A stretch of DNA of 64,000 nt from Vulcanimicrobiota bacterium (GTDB lineage: Bacteria; Vulcanimicrobiota; Vulcanimicrobiia; Vulcanimicrobiales; Vulcanimicrobiaceae), in NCBI GenBank assembly GCA_963733295.1, contig CAVTCS010000003.1, positions 1,024,001 through 1,088,000 on the forward strand, given 5' to 3'. Every line of letters begins with the position of its first letter. Position 1 is the first letter of the stretch. Under the pieces are notes generated by a model. The model saw nothing but the letters and a program-made list of their open reading frames with translations, searched no databases and was not told the DNA's origin. Below are positions 1-9,579 of the stretch, piece after piece. Both the position numbers and the translations under genes were made by a program.

Positions 1-1
1 G

Positions 2-196
2 CTCGTTTCGAACGAGGGAATCGCAATGTCTCGCGATACGCTCCTCGAAAGGGTTTGGGGCTTCGACTACGATGGCGACGAACGAACGGTCGACGTGCAC
101 GTGCGCCGTATCCGCAAGCGTCTCGAGGAAGAGCAAGGTCTCGGGTGCGTTCTGCAAACCGTGCACGGCTTCGGCTACAAGTTCGCGCCGCGCTGA
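2..196 (+). CDS. OmpR/PhoB-family response regulator, C-terminal winged-helix (partial, runs off left edge)
   Basis: Manual translation LVSNEGIAMSRDTLLERVWGFDYDGDERTVDVHVRRIRKRLE...LQTVHGFGYKF*, a classic Trans_reg_C signature; not in the ORF track. Confidence 0.93.
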   Translation, partial: LVSNEGIAMSRDTLLERVWGFDYDGDERTVDVHVRRIRKRLEEEQGLGCVLQTVHGFGYKFAPR

Positions 197-1311
197 GTTC
201 GTTCGGGCACCCGGAGGGCGAGCTGGGACGATTCGTCGCTCGGATCGAGAACGGCGGCTCGCCGGTGCCGCTGCTCGTGGTCCGAGTCCGCGAGCTGCAG
301 CGAGTCGCGTGGCGCGAAGGACGCCCGGCGGCGCGCAAGATCGAGCGACGGTGCTGGCGGAATTTCGTAGCGGGAGCCGGCAAGGTCTTGCGTGCCGGCG
401 ACGTGCTGGGTCATGCGCCCGACAGCGAAGACTTTCTGGCAGCGCTGCTTTCGGGTGCCCGGAGCGCCGGTGCGCGTGCCAGCTCGGTCGATTGTCGTGC
501 GGCGCTGCGGCGGCTCGAAGGCGGCCTGGCCCGAGACTGCGGTCCCGGGGTCGAAAGCGGCTGGACGATGCTCGAGGCCGGCGCACGAGACCAGGACCTG
601 CACGGCGCGATCGAGCGCGCACTCGCAAACGGTGCCCGCGAGCGGGAGCGCTACGCGTTCTTTTCGACGGTGGGCCACGAGTTACGCACCCCGCTGAGTG
701 CCGTTCGCGGCTATATCGAGACGTTGCTCGACGAGCGACTCGACCCGGCGACCGCGCGGCAGTATCTCGAGACCGCGCGTGCCGAGACGCTGAGGATGAA
801 CCGCCTGGTCGAACGCATGCTTGACATCTCGCTGCTGGATCTGCGCGACGCGGTCACGGCGGGACGGGCGTTTCTCGGGCCGTCGGTCGAAGCGGCGGCG
901 GCTGCCGTCGCACCCCTCGCCCTGGCGCGCGGCAGTAAACTTGAGTTCGCACCTTGCGCGGACATCGAAATCGGGCTCTCGGGAGATTCCCTCGTGCAAG
1001 TCTTGGTCAACCTGCTCGAAAACGCCGTCAAACACGGCCGCGCCGGAGGCCGTGTGGAGTTCGCGGCAACCATGCGCGCTTCGCACGTTGAGGTTTGCGT
1101 CGACGACGACGGGCCCGGGATCCCGGCCGCCGAACGCGAGGCGGTCTTCGGGCTCGGCCGGCGCGGGCAGAGCGCCCGAGCGCCCGGCAGCGGACTGGGT
1201 CTCGCCTTCGTGCGACTCATGCTCGAGCGAACCGGCGGCGCGGTTGAAGCCTGTGATTCCCCCCTCGGGGGCGCCCGCTTTCGGCTCTGCCTGCCCTTGC
1301 CGCCCGGCTAG
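193..1311 (+). CDS. Cytoplasmic sensor histidine kinase (HisKA + HATPase) with degenerate GGDEF-like N-terminus; start uncertain (CTG at 193 overlapping regulator stop)
   Basis: H-box GHELRTPL, N-box NLLENAVKH, G1 DDDGPGI, G2 GSGLGL; no TM segment. Confidence 0.88.
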   Translation: MSSFGHPEGELGRFVARIENGGSPVPLLVVRVRELQRVAWREGRPAARKIERRCWRNFVAGAGKVLRAGDVLGHAPDSEDFLAALLSGARSAGARASSVDCRAALRRLEGGLARDCGPGVESGWTMLEAGARDQDLHGAIERALANGARERERYAFFSTVGHELRTPLSAVRGYIETLLDERLDPATARQYLETARAETLRMNRLVERMLDISLLDLRDAVTAGRAFLGPSVEAAAAAVAPLALARGSKLEFAPCADIEIGLSGDSLVQVLVNLLENAVKHGRAGGRVEFAATMRASHVEVCVDDDGPGIPAAEREAVFGLGRRGQSARAPGSGLGLAFVRLMLERTGGAVEACDSPLGGARFRLCLPLPPG

Positions 1312-1493
1312 TCGAGCGTCGCTTCCGCGATCCGGGCAGCGACGATCTGGGTGGTGAGGACGACGACGTGAACGAGCCGCTTCGCGGATCCGCTGCGCGC
1401 AATCTCCTGCGAGGCCTGCAGCGAACACAAAACGATCGCGCAGAAAATCGCGGTTTCGAGTAAGAGCAGAACTGCGAGCAACCGACGTCTCAT
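1308..1493 (-). CDS. Small hypothetical membrane/secreted protein
   Basis: 61-aa ATG ORF with basic N-terminus and hydrophobic stretch; fills intergenic gap. Confidence 0.5.
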   Translation of the reverse strand: MRRRLLAVLLLLETAIFCAIVLCSLQASQEIARSGSAKRLVHVVVLTTQIVAARIAEATLD

Positions 1494-1594
1494 GCTGCCT
1501 CCGGGCGCGTAAGAGGCGAAGCTTCGTCAGTTGCGACGCTGCTCCTGGCGCAGCGGCGGATGAGATTGGGACGTGCTTCCGGAAACAACCGGGG

Positions 1595-2020
1595 ATGCCG
1601 ATCCCGCTCCATGTCGTTCACGAACGTACCTTCTCCGGGACGCGGCGCCGGATCTACCAACTTCTCTCAGAGATGGGTACTTCCGGCGATGCCATCTGGC
1701 CCTTTGCGTCGCAGCCCTTCATGCGCAGCCCAGGTCCGCTCGAACCGGGGAAAGTCGAGGAGTGGCACAGCGGCGTCCACGCGCTGCTCGACGAGGTCGT
1801 GCCCGAAGAACGGATCGTTTGGCGCTTTCAGAACGAGGGGTTCGACGGCACGCACGGATTCTATCTCGAACCCGACGGCAAAAAGACGCGGCTCACGCAC
1901 AAGATCGAGGCAACGCTCTCAGACACCGAGGGCCGTCTGTTTTGGCGCAGGCTCGAAGATACGCACGAGCGGACGATGGACGCGCTGTTCGATAAACTTG
2001 CCCGCGTTCTCAAGCGATAG
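1595..2020 (+). CDS. SRPBCC/START-fold domain protein
   Basis: EVVPEERIVWRF...GTHGFYLEPDGKKTRLTH pattern and C-terminal helix; GGGG before ATG. Confidence 0.7.
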   Translation: MPIPLHVVHERTFSGTRRRIYQLLSEMGTSGDAIWPFASQPFMRSPGPLEPGKVEEWHSGVHALLDEVVPEERIVWRFQNEGFDGTHGFYLEPDGKKTRLTHKIEATLSDTEGRLFWRRLEDTHERTMDALFDKLARVLKR

Positions 2021-2022
2021 GG

Positions 2023-2616
2023 TCATGCTTCCGGCCGGCGCGGCTCGGGTAGTTCGATCGCGTAGATGAAGGAGCGGAAGGCACGGTCCGCGCGATCGCG
2101 GTCACCGGTCGCGAGCGAGTCGAGCAAGAGACCCCGGATGACCGCGACGACGAGCGTTGCCAAACCGGTCGCGCGCTCGCGCGAGAAGCCGTGCGCCTCG
2201 AACGCCCGCGTGAACGGGGCCTTCCAATCGTTCGCGCTGCCGCGTAAGAACGCGGCATAGCGCTTTCGGTCCTGTAACCCGAGTCCGTAAGCTTCGAAGA
2301 AGAGCCGGAACACCTTCTCGTGCCGCGCGGCAGCGAGCCATTGCCATGCGCGCAAGAGCAACGTGCGCGCGTCGTGCTCGGCGCTGCGGCCCTCCCACGC
2401 TTCGAGCAGCGTGCGCTGACGCTTGCGAGCTTCGTCGAGTATCGTCGCGAGGAGCTGTTCCTTCGACTCAAAGTGGTAGAGAAGCGTGCGCGGACTCGTG
2501 CCGATCGCTGCGGCGAGTGGGCGCAGCGAGAGGTCGGCGAGTCCCGCCTCCGAGACGTAGTCGACGACGGCGGCCAGGAGTTCCGTTTTGAGGCGCTCGT
2601 CGGTGCTGCGTCCCAT
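2023..2616 (-). CDS. TetR/AcrR family transcriptional regulator
   Basis: HTH GLADLSLRPLAAAIGTSPRTLLYHFESKEQL. Confidence 0.93.
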   Translation of the reverse strand: MGRSTDERLKTELLAAVVDYVSEAGLADLSLRPLAAAIGTSPRTLLYHFESKEQLLATILDEARKRQRTLLEAWEGRSAEHDARTLLLRAWQWLAAARHEKVFRLFFEAYGLGLQDRKRYAAFLRGSANDWKAPFTRAFEAHGFSRERATGLATLVVAVIRGLLLDSLATGDRDRADRAFRSFIYAIELPEPRRPEA

Positions 2617-2635
2617 GTCCGACATTCGTAGCACG

Positions 2636-2653
2636 TTGAAACGATCGTTTCAA
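2636..2653. promoter_or_regulatory. Perfect 18-bp palindrome, probable TetR operator
   Basis: TTGAAACGATCGTTTCAA between divergent tetR and SDR genes. Confidence 0.75.
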
Positions 2654-2702
2654 GCGGTGCAGTCGGACAGAGGACCCTCCACCCCGCGTCGAAGCGTTCG
2701 GC

Positions 2703-3455
2703 ATGATCGTTTTCGTCACGGGCGCGAGCGCTGGGTTCGGAGCAGCCATCGCGCGGCGTTTCGCAGCGGACGGCGCACGCATCGTCGCGGCGGGACGTCG
2801 CCGGGAGCGTCTGGAGGCCTTGCGCGCAGAGCTCGGCGACACCGTCCTTCCTCTCGCGCTCGACGTGCGCGATCGCGGCGCCGTCGAACGCGCTGTCGCC
2901 GGCCTTCCCTCCGGCTTCGCGGAAGTCGACGTCCTCGTCAACAATGCCGGGCTCGCCCTCGGACTCGGTCCGGCGCAGCAAGCCGACCTCGATGACTGGG
3001 ACCTCATGGTCGATACCAACATCAAGGGCGTCATGTATTGTACGCGCGCGCTCTTACCCGGGATGATCGAACGCGGACGCGGACACGTCATCAACATCGG
3101 CTCGACGGCGGGAGAGTTTCCCTACCCGGGCGGCAACGTGTATGGAGCGACCAAAGCTTTCGTCTATCAATTCTCGCTGAATCTGCGCGCGGATCTCCTT
3201 GGTACGCCCATTCGCGTCACCGACGTCGAGCCGGGACTGAGCGGTGGAACCGAGTTCTCGAAGGTCCGCTTCAAGGGCAACGATGCGAGGGCGAGCTCCG
3301 TTTACGAAGGTACGACACCGCTTACCCCGGATGACATCGCCGACGCCGTTCATTGGGTCGCGACCCGGCCGCTGCGCGTCAACGTAAACTCGTTGCAGTT
3401 GATGCCGGTCGTCCAAGCTTTCGGTCCTTTCGCCGTGCAGCGAGAAAAAGGATAA
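2703..3455 (+). CDS. ydfG: SDR oxidoreductase, YdfG-like NADP-dependent 3-hydroxy-acid dehydrogenase
   Basis: TGASAGFG, NNAGLALG, YPGGNVYGATKAF, GGTEFS. Confidence 0.88.
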   Translation: MIVFVTGASAGFGAAIARRFAADGARIVAAGRRRERLEALRAELGDTVLPLALDVRDRGAVERAVAGLPSGFAEVDVLVNNAGLALGLGPAQQADLDDWDLMVDTNIKGVMYCTRALLPGMIERGRGHVINIGSTAGEFPYPGGNVYGATKAFVYQFSLNLRADLLGTPIRVTDVEPGLSGGTEFSKVRFKGNDARASSVYEGTTPLTPDDIADAVHWVATRPLRVNVNSLQLMPVVQAFGPFAVQREKG

Positions 3456-3460
3456 GCAGG

Positions 3461-4666
3461 ATGAAGACGGCGCAGCCGGCGCGGAAGTTTTCCGCGGCCA
3501 ACGATTTCCTCGATCTCGATGCGGAGCTTTCGAGCGACGAACGCCTGGTGCGCGATACCGTGCGCGACTGGGTGCGCGCGCGGGTCTTGCCGCACATCAG
3601 CGACTGGTTCGAGGCCGGGTATTTTCCGCGTGAGCTCGCGCGTGAACTGGGCGAGCTCGGGCTGCTCGGCATGCACCTCGAAGGTTACGGTTGCGCGGGA
3701 GCGAGCGCTGTGGGATACGGGCTGGCCTGTTGCGAGCTCGAAGCGGGCGACACGGGGCTGCGAAGTTTCGTTTCGGTTCAAGGTTCGCTCGCGATGTTCG
3801 CGTTGCACGCATTTGGATCCGAAGAACAAAAGCAAACGTGGCTCCCGCGGATGGCGCGCGGCGAAGCCATCGGTTGCTTCGGACTGACGGAATGGGACTT
3901 CGGGAGCGACCCGGCCGGCATGCGCACGAGCGCGCGCCGCTCCGGCAGCGACTTCGTCCTCAACGGCTCCAAGGCTTGGATTACGAGCGGCGGTCTCGCG
4001 GACGTGGCGATCGTGTGGGCCCGCGTCGACGCCGGCGACGGCGCGGGTGGAACGATTCGCGGTTTCGTCGTCCCGCGCGACGCCAAGGGTTTCCGCACCC
4101 AAAACATCGAGCGGAAGCTTTCTCTGCGAGCGTCGGTCACGTCCGAACTGATCCTCGAAGACTGCCGCCTCCCGGCCGGCGCGATGCTCCCGGAAGCGCA
4201 GGGTCTCGGCGCGCCGCTCGCCTGCCTCAATGAAGCGCGGTACGGGATCGTGTGGGGCGCGATGGGTGCGGCCCGCTCGAGTTTCGAGACCGCGCTCGAG
4301 TATTCGAAGACTCGAATCCAGTTCGGCAAACCGATCGCGAGCTTTCAGATCACCCAAGAAAAACTCGTCGACATGCTCCTCGAACTTCAAAAGGGGATGC
4401 TCGTCGCGCTGCGTTTGGGCAGGCTGAAAGACGCCGGCACGTTGCTCCCGCAGCACGTGAGCTTCGGTAAACTCAACAACGTGCGCGAGGCCCTCGCGAT
4501 CTGCCGCCAAGCGCGCACGATCCTCGGCGCCAGCGGCATCACGCTCGAGTATCCGATCATCCGCCACATGAACAACCTTGAGTCGGTCCTAACCTACGAG
4601 GGCACGAGCGAAGTTCACACGCTCATCTTGGGTCAAGCGCTAACGGGCATCGCGGCCTTCAGCTGA
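3461..4666 (+). CDS. Acyl-CoA dehydrogenase (glutaryl-CoA dehydrogenase-like)
   Basis: GCFGLTE.DFGSDP, LNGSKAWIT, NNLESVLTYEGT. Confidence 0.92.
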   Translation: MKTAQPARKFSAANDFLDLDAELSSDERLVRDTVRDWVRARVLPHISDWFEAGYFPRELARELGELGLLGMHLEGYGCAGASAVGYGLACCELEAGDTGLRSFVSVQGSLAMFALHAFGSEEQKQTWLPRMARGEAIGCFGLTEWDFGSDPAGMRTSARRSGSDFVLNGSKAWITSGGLADVAIVWARVDAGDGAGGTIRGFVVPRDAKGFRTQNIERKLSLRASVTSELILEDCRLPAGAMLPEAQGLGAPLACLNEARYGIVWGAMGAARSSFETALEYSKTRIQFGKPIASFQITQEKLVDMLLELQKGMLVALRLGRLKDAGTLLPQHVSFGKLNNVREALAICRQARTILGASGITLEYPIIRHMNNLESVLTYEGTSEVHTLILGQALTGIAAFS

Positions 4667-4675
4667 CGACGCCGG

Positions 4676-5758
4676 CTAAACCGTAACGGCGACCGGTTTC
4701 GCGCGCGAGTACTGCACGGGCCAGGGTCCCTCGACGCCGAGTTCGACGGCAGCGCGTAGCGGCCAATACGGATCGCGCAGCAGCTCGCGGGCCAACAGCA
4801 CGATATCGGCTTGTCCCGCGCGGATGATGCCGTCGGCCTGCCGCGCTTCGGTGATGAGTCCGACCGCACCCGTAGCGATTCCGGATTCGGCGCGAATGCG
4901 TTCGGCGAAAGGAACCTGGTAGCCGGGTCGAAGCGGGACCTCGGCGCGCGCGACCGTACCTCCCGAGGAGCAGTCGACGAGGTCGACGCCCTCAGCTCGC
5001 AGCAAGCGCGCAAGCGCGACCGACTGATCGATGTCCCAACCGCCTTCGGCCCAATCCGTGGAAGAAATGCGGACGAAGAGCGGGAGATCTTGGGGCCAAA
5101 CTCCGCGTACGGCGCGCGCGACTTCGCATGCGAAGCGCGTCCGATTTTCAAACGAGCCGCCGTATTCGTCGCTACGCTCGTTGCTGAGAGGCGACATGAA
5201 TTCGTGCAACAGGTAACCGTGCGCGGCGTGGATCTCGGCGACGCGAAAGCCGGCTGAGAGCGCGCGGCGCGCGGCCCGCGCGAAAGCTACGACGACCTCG
5301 GCGATCTCGTCCCGGCTCATCGCATGCGGGACCAGGCCGTCCTCGAGAAAAGGCAGAGCGCTTGGAGCGAGGATCGGACGCCAGCCGCCCGCCGCCGGAT
5401 GGAGCGGCCGTCCACCGAGCCAGGGTGGCGCAGTGCTCGCCTTGCGCCCGGCGTGTGCGAGCTGAATGCCGGCGACGGCCCCGCGTTCGTGAATGAAAGC
5501 CGCGATCTCGCGCAGCCTTTCGACGTGCTCGTCCCGGTAGATTCCGAGATCGGCCGGACTGATGCGGCCCCGCGCTTCAACGGCTGTGGCCTCGGTCAGA
5601 ACGAGGCCCGCGCCGCCTACCGCGCGGCTGCCGAGGTGGACGAGGTGCCAGTTGTTGGCGAAACCGTCTTCACTGGAATACTCGCACATCGGAGAAACCG
5701 CGATGCGGTTGCGCAAGGTGACGCCGCGGAACGTTACCGCATCGAAAAGGCCGGACAT
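4676..5758 (-). CDS. NADH:flavin oxidoreductase, old yellow enzyme (YqjM/NamA-like)
   Basis: NRIAVSPMCEYS, QLAHAGRKAS, EIHAAHGYLLHEF, LRDPYWP. Confidence 0.93.
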   Translation of the reverse strand: MSGLFDAVTFRGVTLRNRIAVSPMCEYSSEDGFANNWHLVHLGSRAVGGAGLVLTEATAVEARGRISPADLGIYRDEHVERLREIAAFIHERGAVAGIQLAHAGRKASTAPPWLGGRPLHPAAGGWRPILAPSALPFLEDGLVPHAMSRDEIAEVVVAFARAARRALSAGFRVAEIHAAHGYLLHEFMSPLSNERSDEYGGSFENRTRFACEVARAVRGVWPQDLPLFVRISSTDWAEGGWDIDQSVALARLLRAEGVDLVDCSSGGTVARAEVPLRPGYQVPFAERIRAESGIATGAVGLITEARQADGIIRAGQADIVLLARELLRDPYWPLRAAVELGVEGPWPVQYSRAKPVAVTV

Positions 5759-5810
5759 ACGCAACCTTTGAAACGAGGAGCCCGGCTTCGGTTGCGCGCA
5801 AGCGACAAAG

Positions 5811-6992
5811 ATGCTGGATTCGATTCCGCGCGAGGCGGTCATCGTCGGCGCGGTGCGTACGCCGGTCGGACGGCGCGGCGGAGCGCTCAAGGATTGGCAC
5901 CCGGTCGACTTGCTGGCGCGTACGCTCGAAGAGCTCATCGCGCGCACCGGCCTCGATCCGCAGCGGGTCGACGACGTCATCGCGGGCTGCGTCACCCAGG
6001 TCGGCGAGCAGAGTTGGAACGTCGCGCGCAACGCTGCCCTCGCGGCAGGTTTTCCCGAAGCGGTACCCGGCACGACGATCGAGCGTCAGTGCGGTTCGTC
6101 GCAACAGGCGGCCCACTTCGCGGCCCAGGGCGTGCTCAGCGGCGCATACGACGTCGCAATCGCGTGCGGCGTTGAATCGATGACGCGCGTTCCGCTCGGG
6201 GCGAACTCAGCGAACGGTCCCGGTCGCCCTTTCGGACCGCTGATGGAGGAGCGCTTCCATCACGCTCTGGTTCCGCAGGGGATCAGCGCGGAGATGATCG
6301 CGGACCGCTGGGAGCTTTCGCGCGAGGCGCTCGACGAGTTCAGTCTCGAAAGCCATAAGCGGGCCGCCCGCGCGCTCGATGCGGGCTGGCTGGATGCGCA
6401 AATCGTACCTATTTCGGTGCGCGGCGCCGACGGAACGACGTCGGCTTTTTCCCGCGACGAAGGCGTGCGGCGCGATACCTCGCTCGAGAAACTCGGCGCG
6501 TTGAAGCCGGCGTTTCGTGAAGACGGCGTGGTCACCGCCGGCAACTCATCGCAGATTAGCGACGGTGCCGCGGCGTTGCTGATCATGGAGCGCCGCTTGG
6601 CGGAAAGCATGGGCCTGCGGCCGCGCGCGCGCTTCGCGGCTTTCGCGCTGGCAGGCGCGGATCCCATATTGATGCTTACCGCGCCGATTCCCGCAACGAA
6701 GAAACTGCTCGAGCGGGCCGGGTTAGCTCTGGACGAAATCGATCTGATCGAGATCAACGAGGCCTTCGCCAGCGTCGTGCTGGCTTGGCGGCGCGAGCTC
6801 GGCGCGGATCTTTCGCGCGTCAACGTAAACGGCGGCGCGATCGCGATCGGTCATCCGCTGGGTGCAAGCGGAGCGCGCATTCTGACCGATCTCGTCAACG
6901 AGCTCGAGCGTCGCCGCGCACGGTTCGGGTTTCAAACGATGTGCGAAGGCGGCGGAATGGCGAACGCGACGCTTATCGAGCGGCTGGATTGA
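5811..6992 (+). CDS. Acetyl-CoA C-acyltransferase (thiolase)
   Basis: RQCGSSQQA, EINEAFA, NGGAIAIGHPLGASG, MCEGGG. Confidence 0.95.
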   Translation: MLDSIPREAVIVGAVRTPVGRRGGALKDWHPVDLLARTLEELIARTGLDPQRVDDVIAGCVTQVGEQSWNVARNAALAAGFPEAVPGTTIERQCGSSQQAAHFAAQGVLSGAYDVAIACGVESMTRVPLGANSANGPGRPFGPLMEERFHHALVPQGISAEMIADRWELSREALDEFSLESHKRAARALDAGWLDAQIVPISVRGADGTTSAFSRDEGVRRDTSLEKLGALKPAFREDGVVTAGNSSQISDGAAALLIMERRLAESMGLRPRARFAAFALAGADPILMLTAPIPATKKLLERAGLALDEIDLIEINEAFASVVLAWRRELGADLSRVNVNGGAIAIGHPLGASGARILTDLVNELERRRARFGFQTMCEGGGMANATLIERLD

Positions 6993-7878
6993 TGCCGCGC
7001 TCGGGGAACGTCAACTCCGCCACGGCCGACTTGTCTAGGTCGCCGAACCCGCGCTCGACCAGCTTCTCGTATTGACGCATCGTCGCTTCGGCGAGAGGCA
7101 GTTCGAGACCGCATTCCTCGGCAAGGGCAAGTGCGATGCCCGTATCCTTCGCGGCGTGCGCGGCCGAGAAGAAGACTTCGTGCATTCTCGCTTGCATGTC
7201 GCCGCCATCCGTCTCGAGCACGCGCGAGTTAGCCCCCGTCTGCGCGAAGACCTCGCGCAGCATCGTCAGGTCGAGTCCGAGCGCATGACCGAGACCAAGA
7301 CCTTCCGCAAGCGCGGCGGTGTTGCTATTCATGACCATGTTCACGAGCGCTTTGACCTTTGCCGCGGTACCGGTCGCGCCGACATAGCGCAGCTCGCTGC
7401 TCAAGCGGCGCAACAACGCGCGCGCGCGCTCGAACGCCTCGGGCTTTCCGGCCACGATGAGGTAGAGCGTACCGGCACGTGCCTGCGTGATCGAACTCGC
7501 CATGCAGGCTTCGATGCTGGCGGCGCCGTGGGCGGCGGCGGCCTGCTCGACCTCGATGTGGACCGCCGGCGTGATCGTGGCGCAGTTCACGAAGAGCTTG
7601 CCGTCGGCGGCGACGAGCAAACTGTCGCCGGAGTCGGCGAAGATGGAGCGCATCGCGGCGTCGTCGCTGACGACGGTAATCACCGTCTCGGAGAGCGCGG
7701 TAACCTCAGCCAGAGTCGCAGGCGCCTTCGATTCGAGTTCGGCGGCCAGAGTCTTGGCCGTAGCGCGATCGCGATCGTAGACGGCCGAAACCGAATAGCC
7801 GACGTCTTGCAGACGGCGTGCGATGTTCGCGCCCATGCGTCCGACTCCGACGACGCCTACGTTACCCAACCCGCTCAC
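6973..7878 (-). CDS. NAD(P)-dependent beta-hydroxyacid dehydrogenase family oxidoreductase
   Basis: GVVGVGRMG Rossmann motif, KALVNMV catalytic Lys region; GTG start with GGAGG upstream. Confidence 0.88.
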   Translation of the reverse strand: MSGLGNVGVVGVGRMGANIARRLQDVGYSVSAVYDRDRATAKTLAAELESKAPATLAEVTALSETVITVVSDDAAMRSIFADSGDSLLVAADGKLFVNCATITPAVHIEVEQAAAAHGAASIEACMASSITQARAGTLYLIVAGKPEAFERARALLRRLSSELRYVGATGTAAKVKALVNMVMNSNTAALAEGLGLGHALGLDLTMLREVFAQTGANSRVLETDGGDMQARMHEVFFSAAHAAKDTGIALALAEECGLELPLAEATMRQYEKLVERGFGDLDKSAVAELTFPERGINPAAR

Positions 7879-7933
7879 AGCACTCGGCCCTCCGCTGAAG
7901 GAGGGTTTTCGCTTGCTGCGGTAGCGCCTGCAA

Positions 7934-9012
7934 ATGACTAGTCGGGTCGAGCGGACGCGGATCGCCGTCCCCGCGTTGCGGAGCTTCGTGGCCCGCGCGA
8001 TAGAGGCCGCCGGGGTCGGACCGGAAGACGCGCTGCTTGTCGCCGACGTCCTTACCGCATCGGACATTCGCGGCATCGAGTCGCACGGCGTTGCACGCCT
8101 GGAATCGTTCTACGTCGACCGCATCCTGGACGGAACCATCGACGCGCGCGCCGTCGCGACCACGATCCGTGAGACGCCGACGCTGCTCGCGGTGGACGCA
8201 CAGAACGGCCTAGGTCACCCCGTCGCGGTCCGTACGATGCGCCGGACGATCGCCAAAGCCGCCGAACACGGTTGCGCGATAGCGACCGTCAGGCGTTCGA
8301 ATCACTTCGGCATTGCAGGCTACTACGCGATGCTCGCGCTCGAGCACGACATGATCGGCATCGCTGCGACCAACTCGGCGGGATTGGCCGCGCCGACGTT
8401 TGGCCGCTCGCTCATGCTCGGCACCAATCCGCTCGCCTTCGCGATTCCCGCCGAAGACGGCGACGCATTCGTGCTGGATATGGCCACGACGACCGTCGCG
8501 CTCGGCAAGCTCGAGATCGCAAAACGTTTGGACAAACCGCTGAAGCCGGGCTGGGCGATCGATGCTGAAGGCAACGAGACGACCGACCCGGTGGCCGGCA
8601 TGGCCGGCGCGCTCTTGCCGCTCGGCGGTTACGGCACCGAAAACGGCGGCCACAAGGGCTACGGGCTCGGGCTGCTCGTCGACATCTTGTGCGGCGTTCT
8701 CGGGGGGGAACGTACGGCCCGGATTTGCGGCGAACCGGCGGGTTGCTTGACCCGGCGATCGTCAGCCACTTCTTTGCTGCGATTCGCATCGATGGATTTC
8801 GCGATCCGGCGCTCTTCAAGGCCGACCTCTCGCGCGAATTGCGCGCCATGCGCGAAAGCTCGCCGCTGATCGGCGTCGAGCGCGTGCTCACGGCGGGCGA
8901 ACCGGAGATGCGCAAAACGCAAGAGGCCTACCGCGAGGGAATTGCTCTGGACCCGGTCGTCGTTGCGAGCTTGGGCCGCGTGGCGGAAAAATTGGAAATA
9001 GCGGGTCCGTAA
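7934..9012 (+). CDS. Ldh_2 (malate/L-lactate dehydrogenase-like) oxidoreductase, frameshifted in G7 run at 8702-8708
   Basis: SHGVARL, SNHFG, GTNPLAF, LDMATT, HKGYGL in first frame; C-terminus (SHFFAAIRIDGF...GEPE...GIAL) in second frame. Confidence 0.88.
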
Positions 9013-9033
9013 AGGGCTCGATCCGCGTCGTCG

Positions 9034-9579
9034 CTACAGCAGCGGCTGAGGTTCGCCGTCGTAGCCGGGCTCTCCGGGAAACCGTCGCGAGTGATCGGAC
9101 CACACGACCTGTAAAACGGAAAACGTTCCGATCGCCGGCATCGGCGCATGCGCCGCAGCGGCGCCGATGAACGCGTAACGAGCGAAATCGCCTGAGGAGG
9201 AAGCGCTGCGGAATTTTACCGGATAGCCGACGAGGTAGTCCTCGTAGGGCTGACCGGGGTCGAACTGTTTTCCGGCGACGAGGTCTCGTGCAACGTGATT
9301 GAGGAGCGACTGCGCTATCGGTTCGCGCAAAGCGAATACGATGAGCTCGGGGAGACCCGCGGCGCCTAGGCCGAGCGAGAAGCTATACGGCGGACGCTGG
9401 TCGCGCGCGGTGAGCACGCGAAACAAGCGCTCCTGACTCGGCGGCGCCTGTTCGGGCGGCGCGGGAGCGGCAGGCGACTCGGAGACAGGCGGGGTGGGCG
9501 CGAGTGCGTTTGGGGCCGTTTCGGAGGCGGGAGTGGGCGTTCGTCGGCCAAACGGCCACCAGCGGGAGAACCAGCTCAG
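9034..9579 (-). CDS. DUF4262-like protein with Pro-rich N-terminus; probable CTG start overlapping pckA stop
   Basis: [17 protein letters not shown] and [15 protein letters not shown] motifs; frame open from 9579. Confidence 0.7.
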   Translation of the reverse strand: MSWFSRWWPFGRRTPTPASETAPNALAPTPPVSESPAAPAPPEQAPPSQERLFRVLTARDQRPPYSFSLGLGAAGLPELIVFALREPIAQSLLNHVARDLVAGKQFDPGQPYEDYLVGYPVKFRSASSSGDFARYAFIGAAAAHAPMPAIGTFSVLQVVWSDHSRRFPGEPGYDGEPQPLL

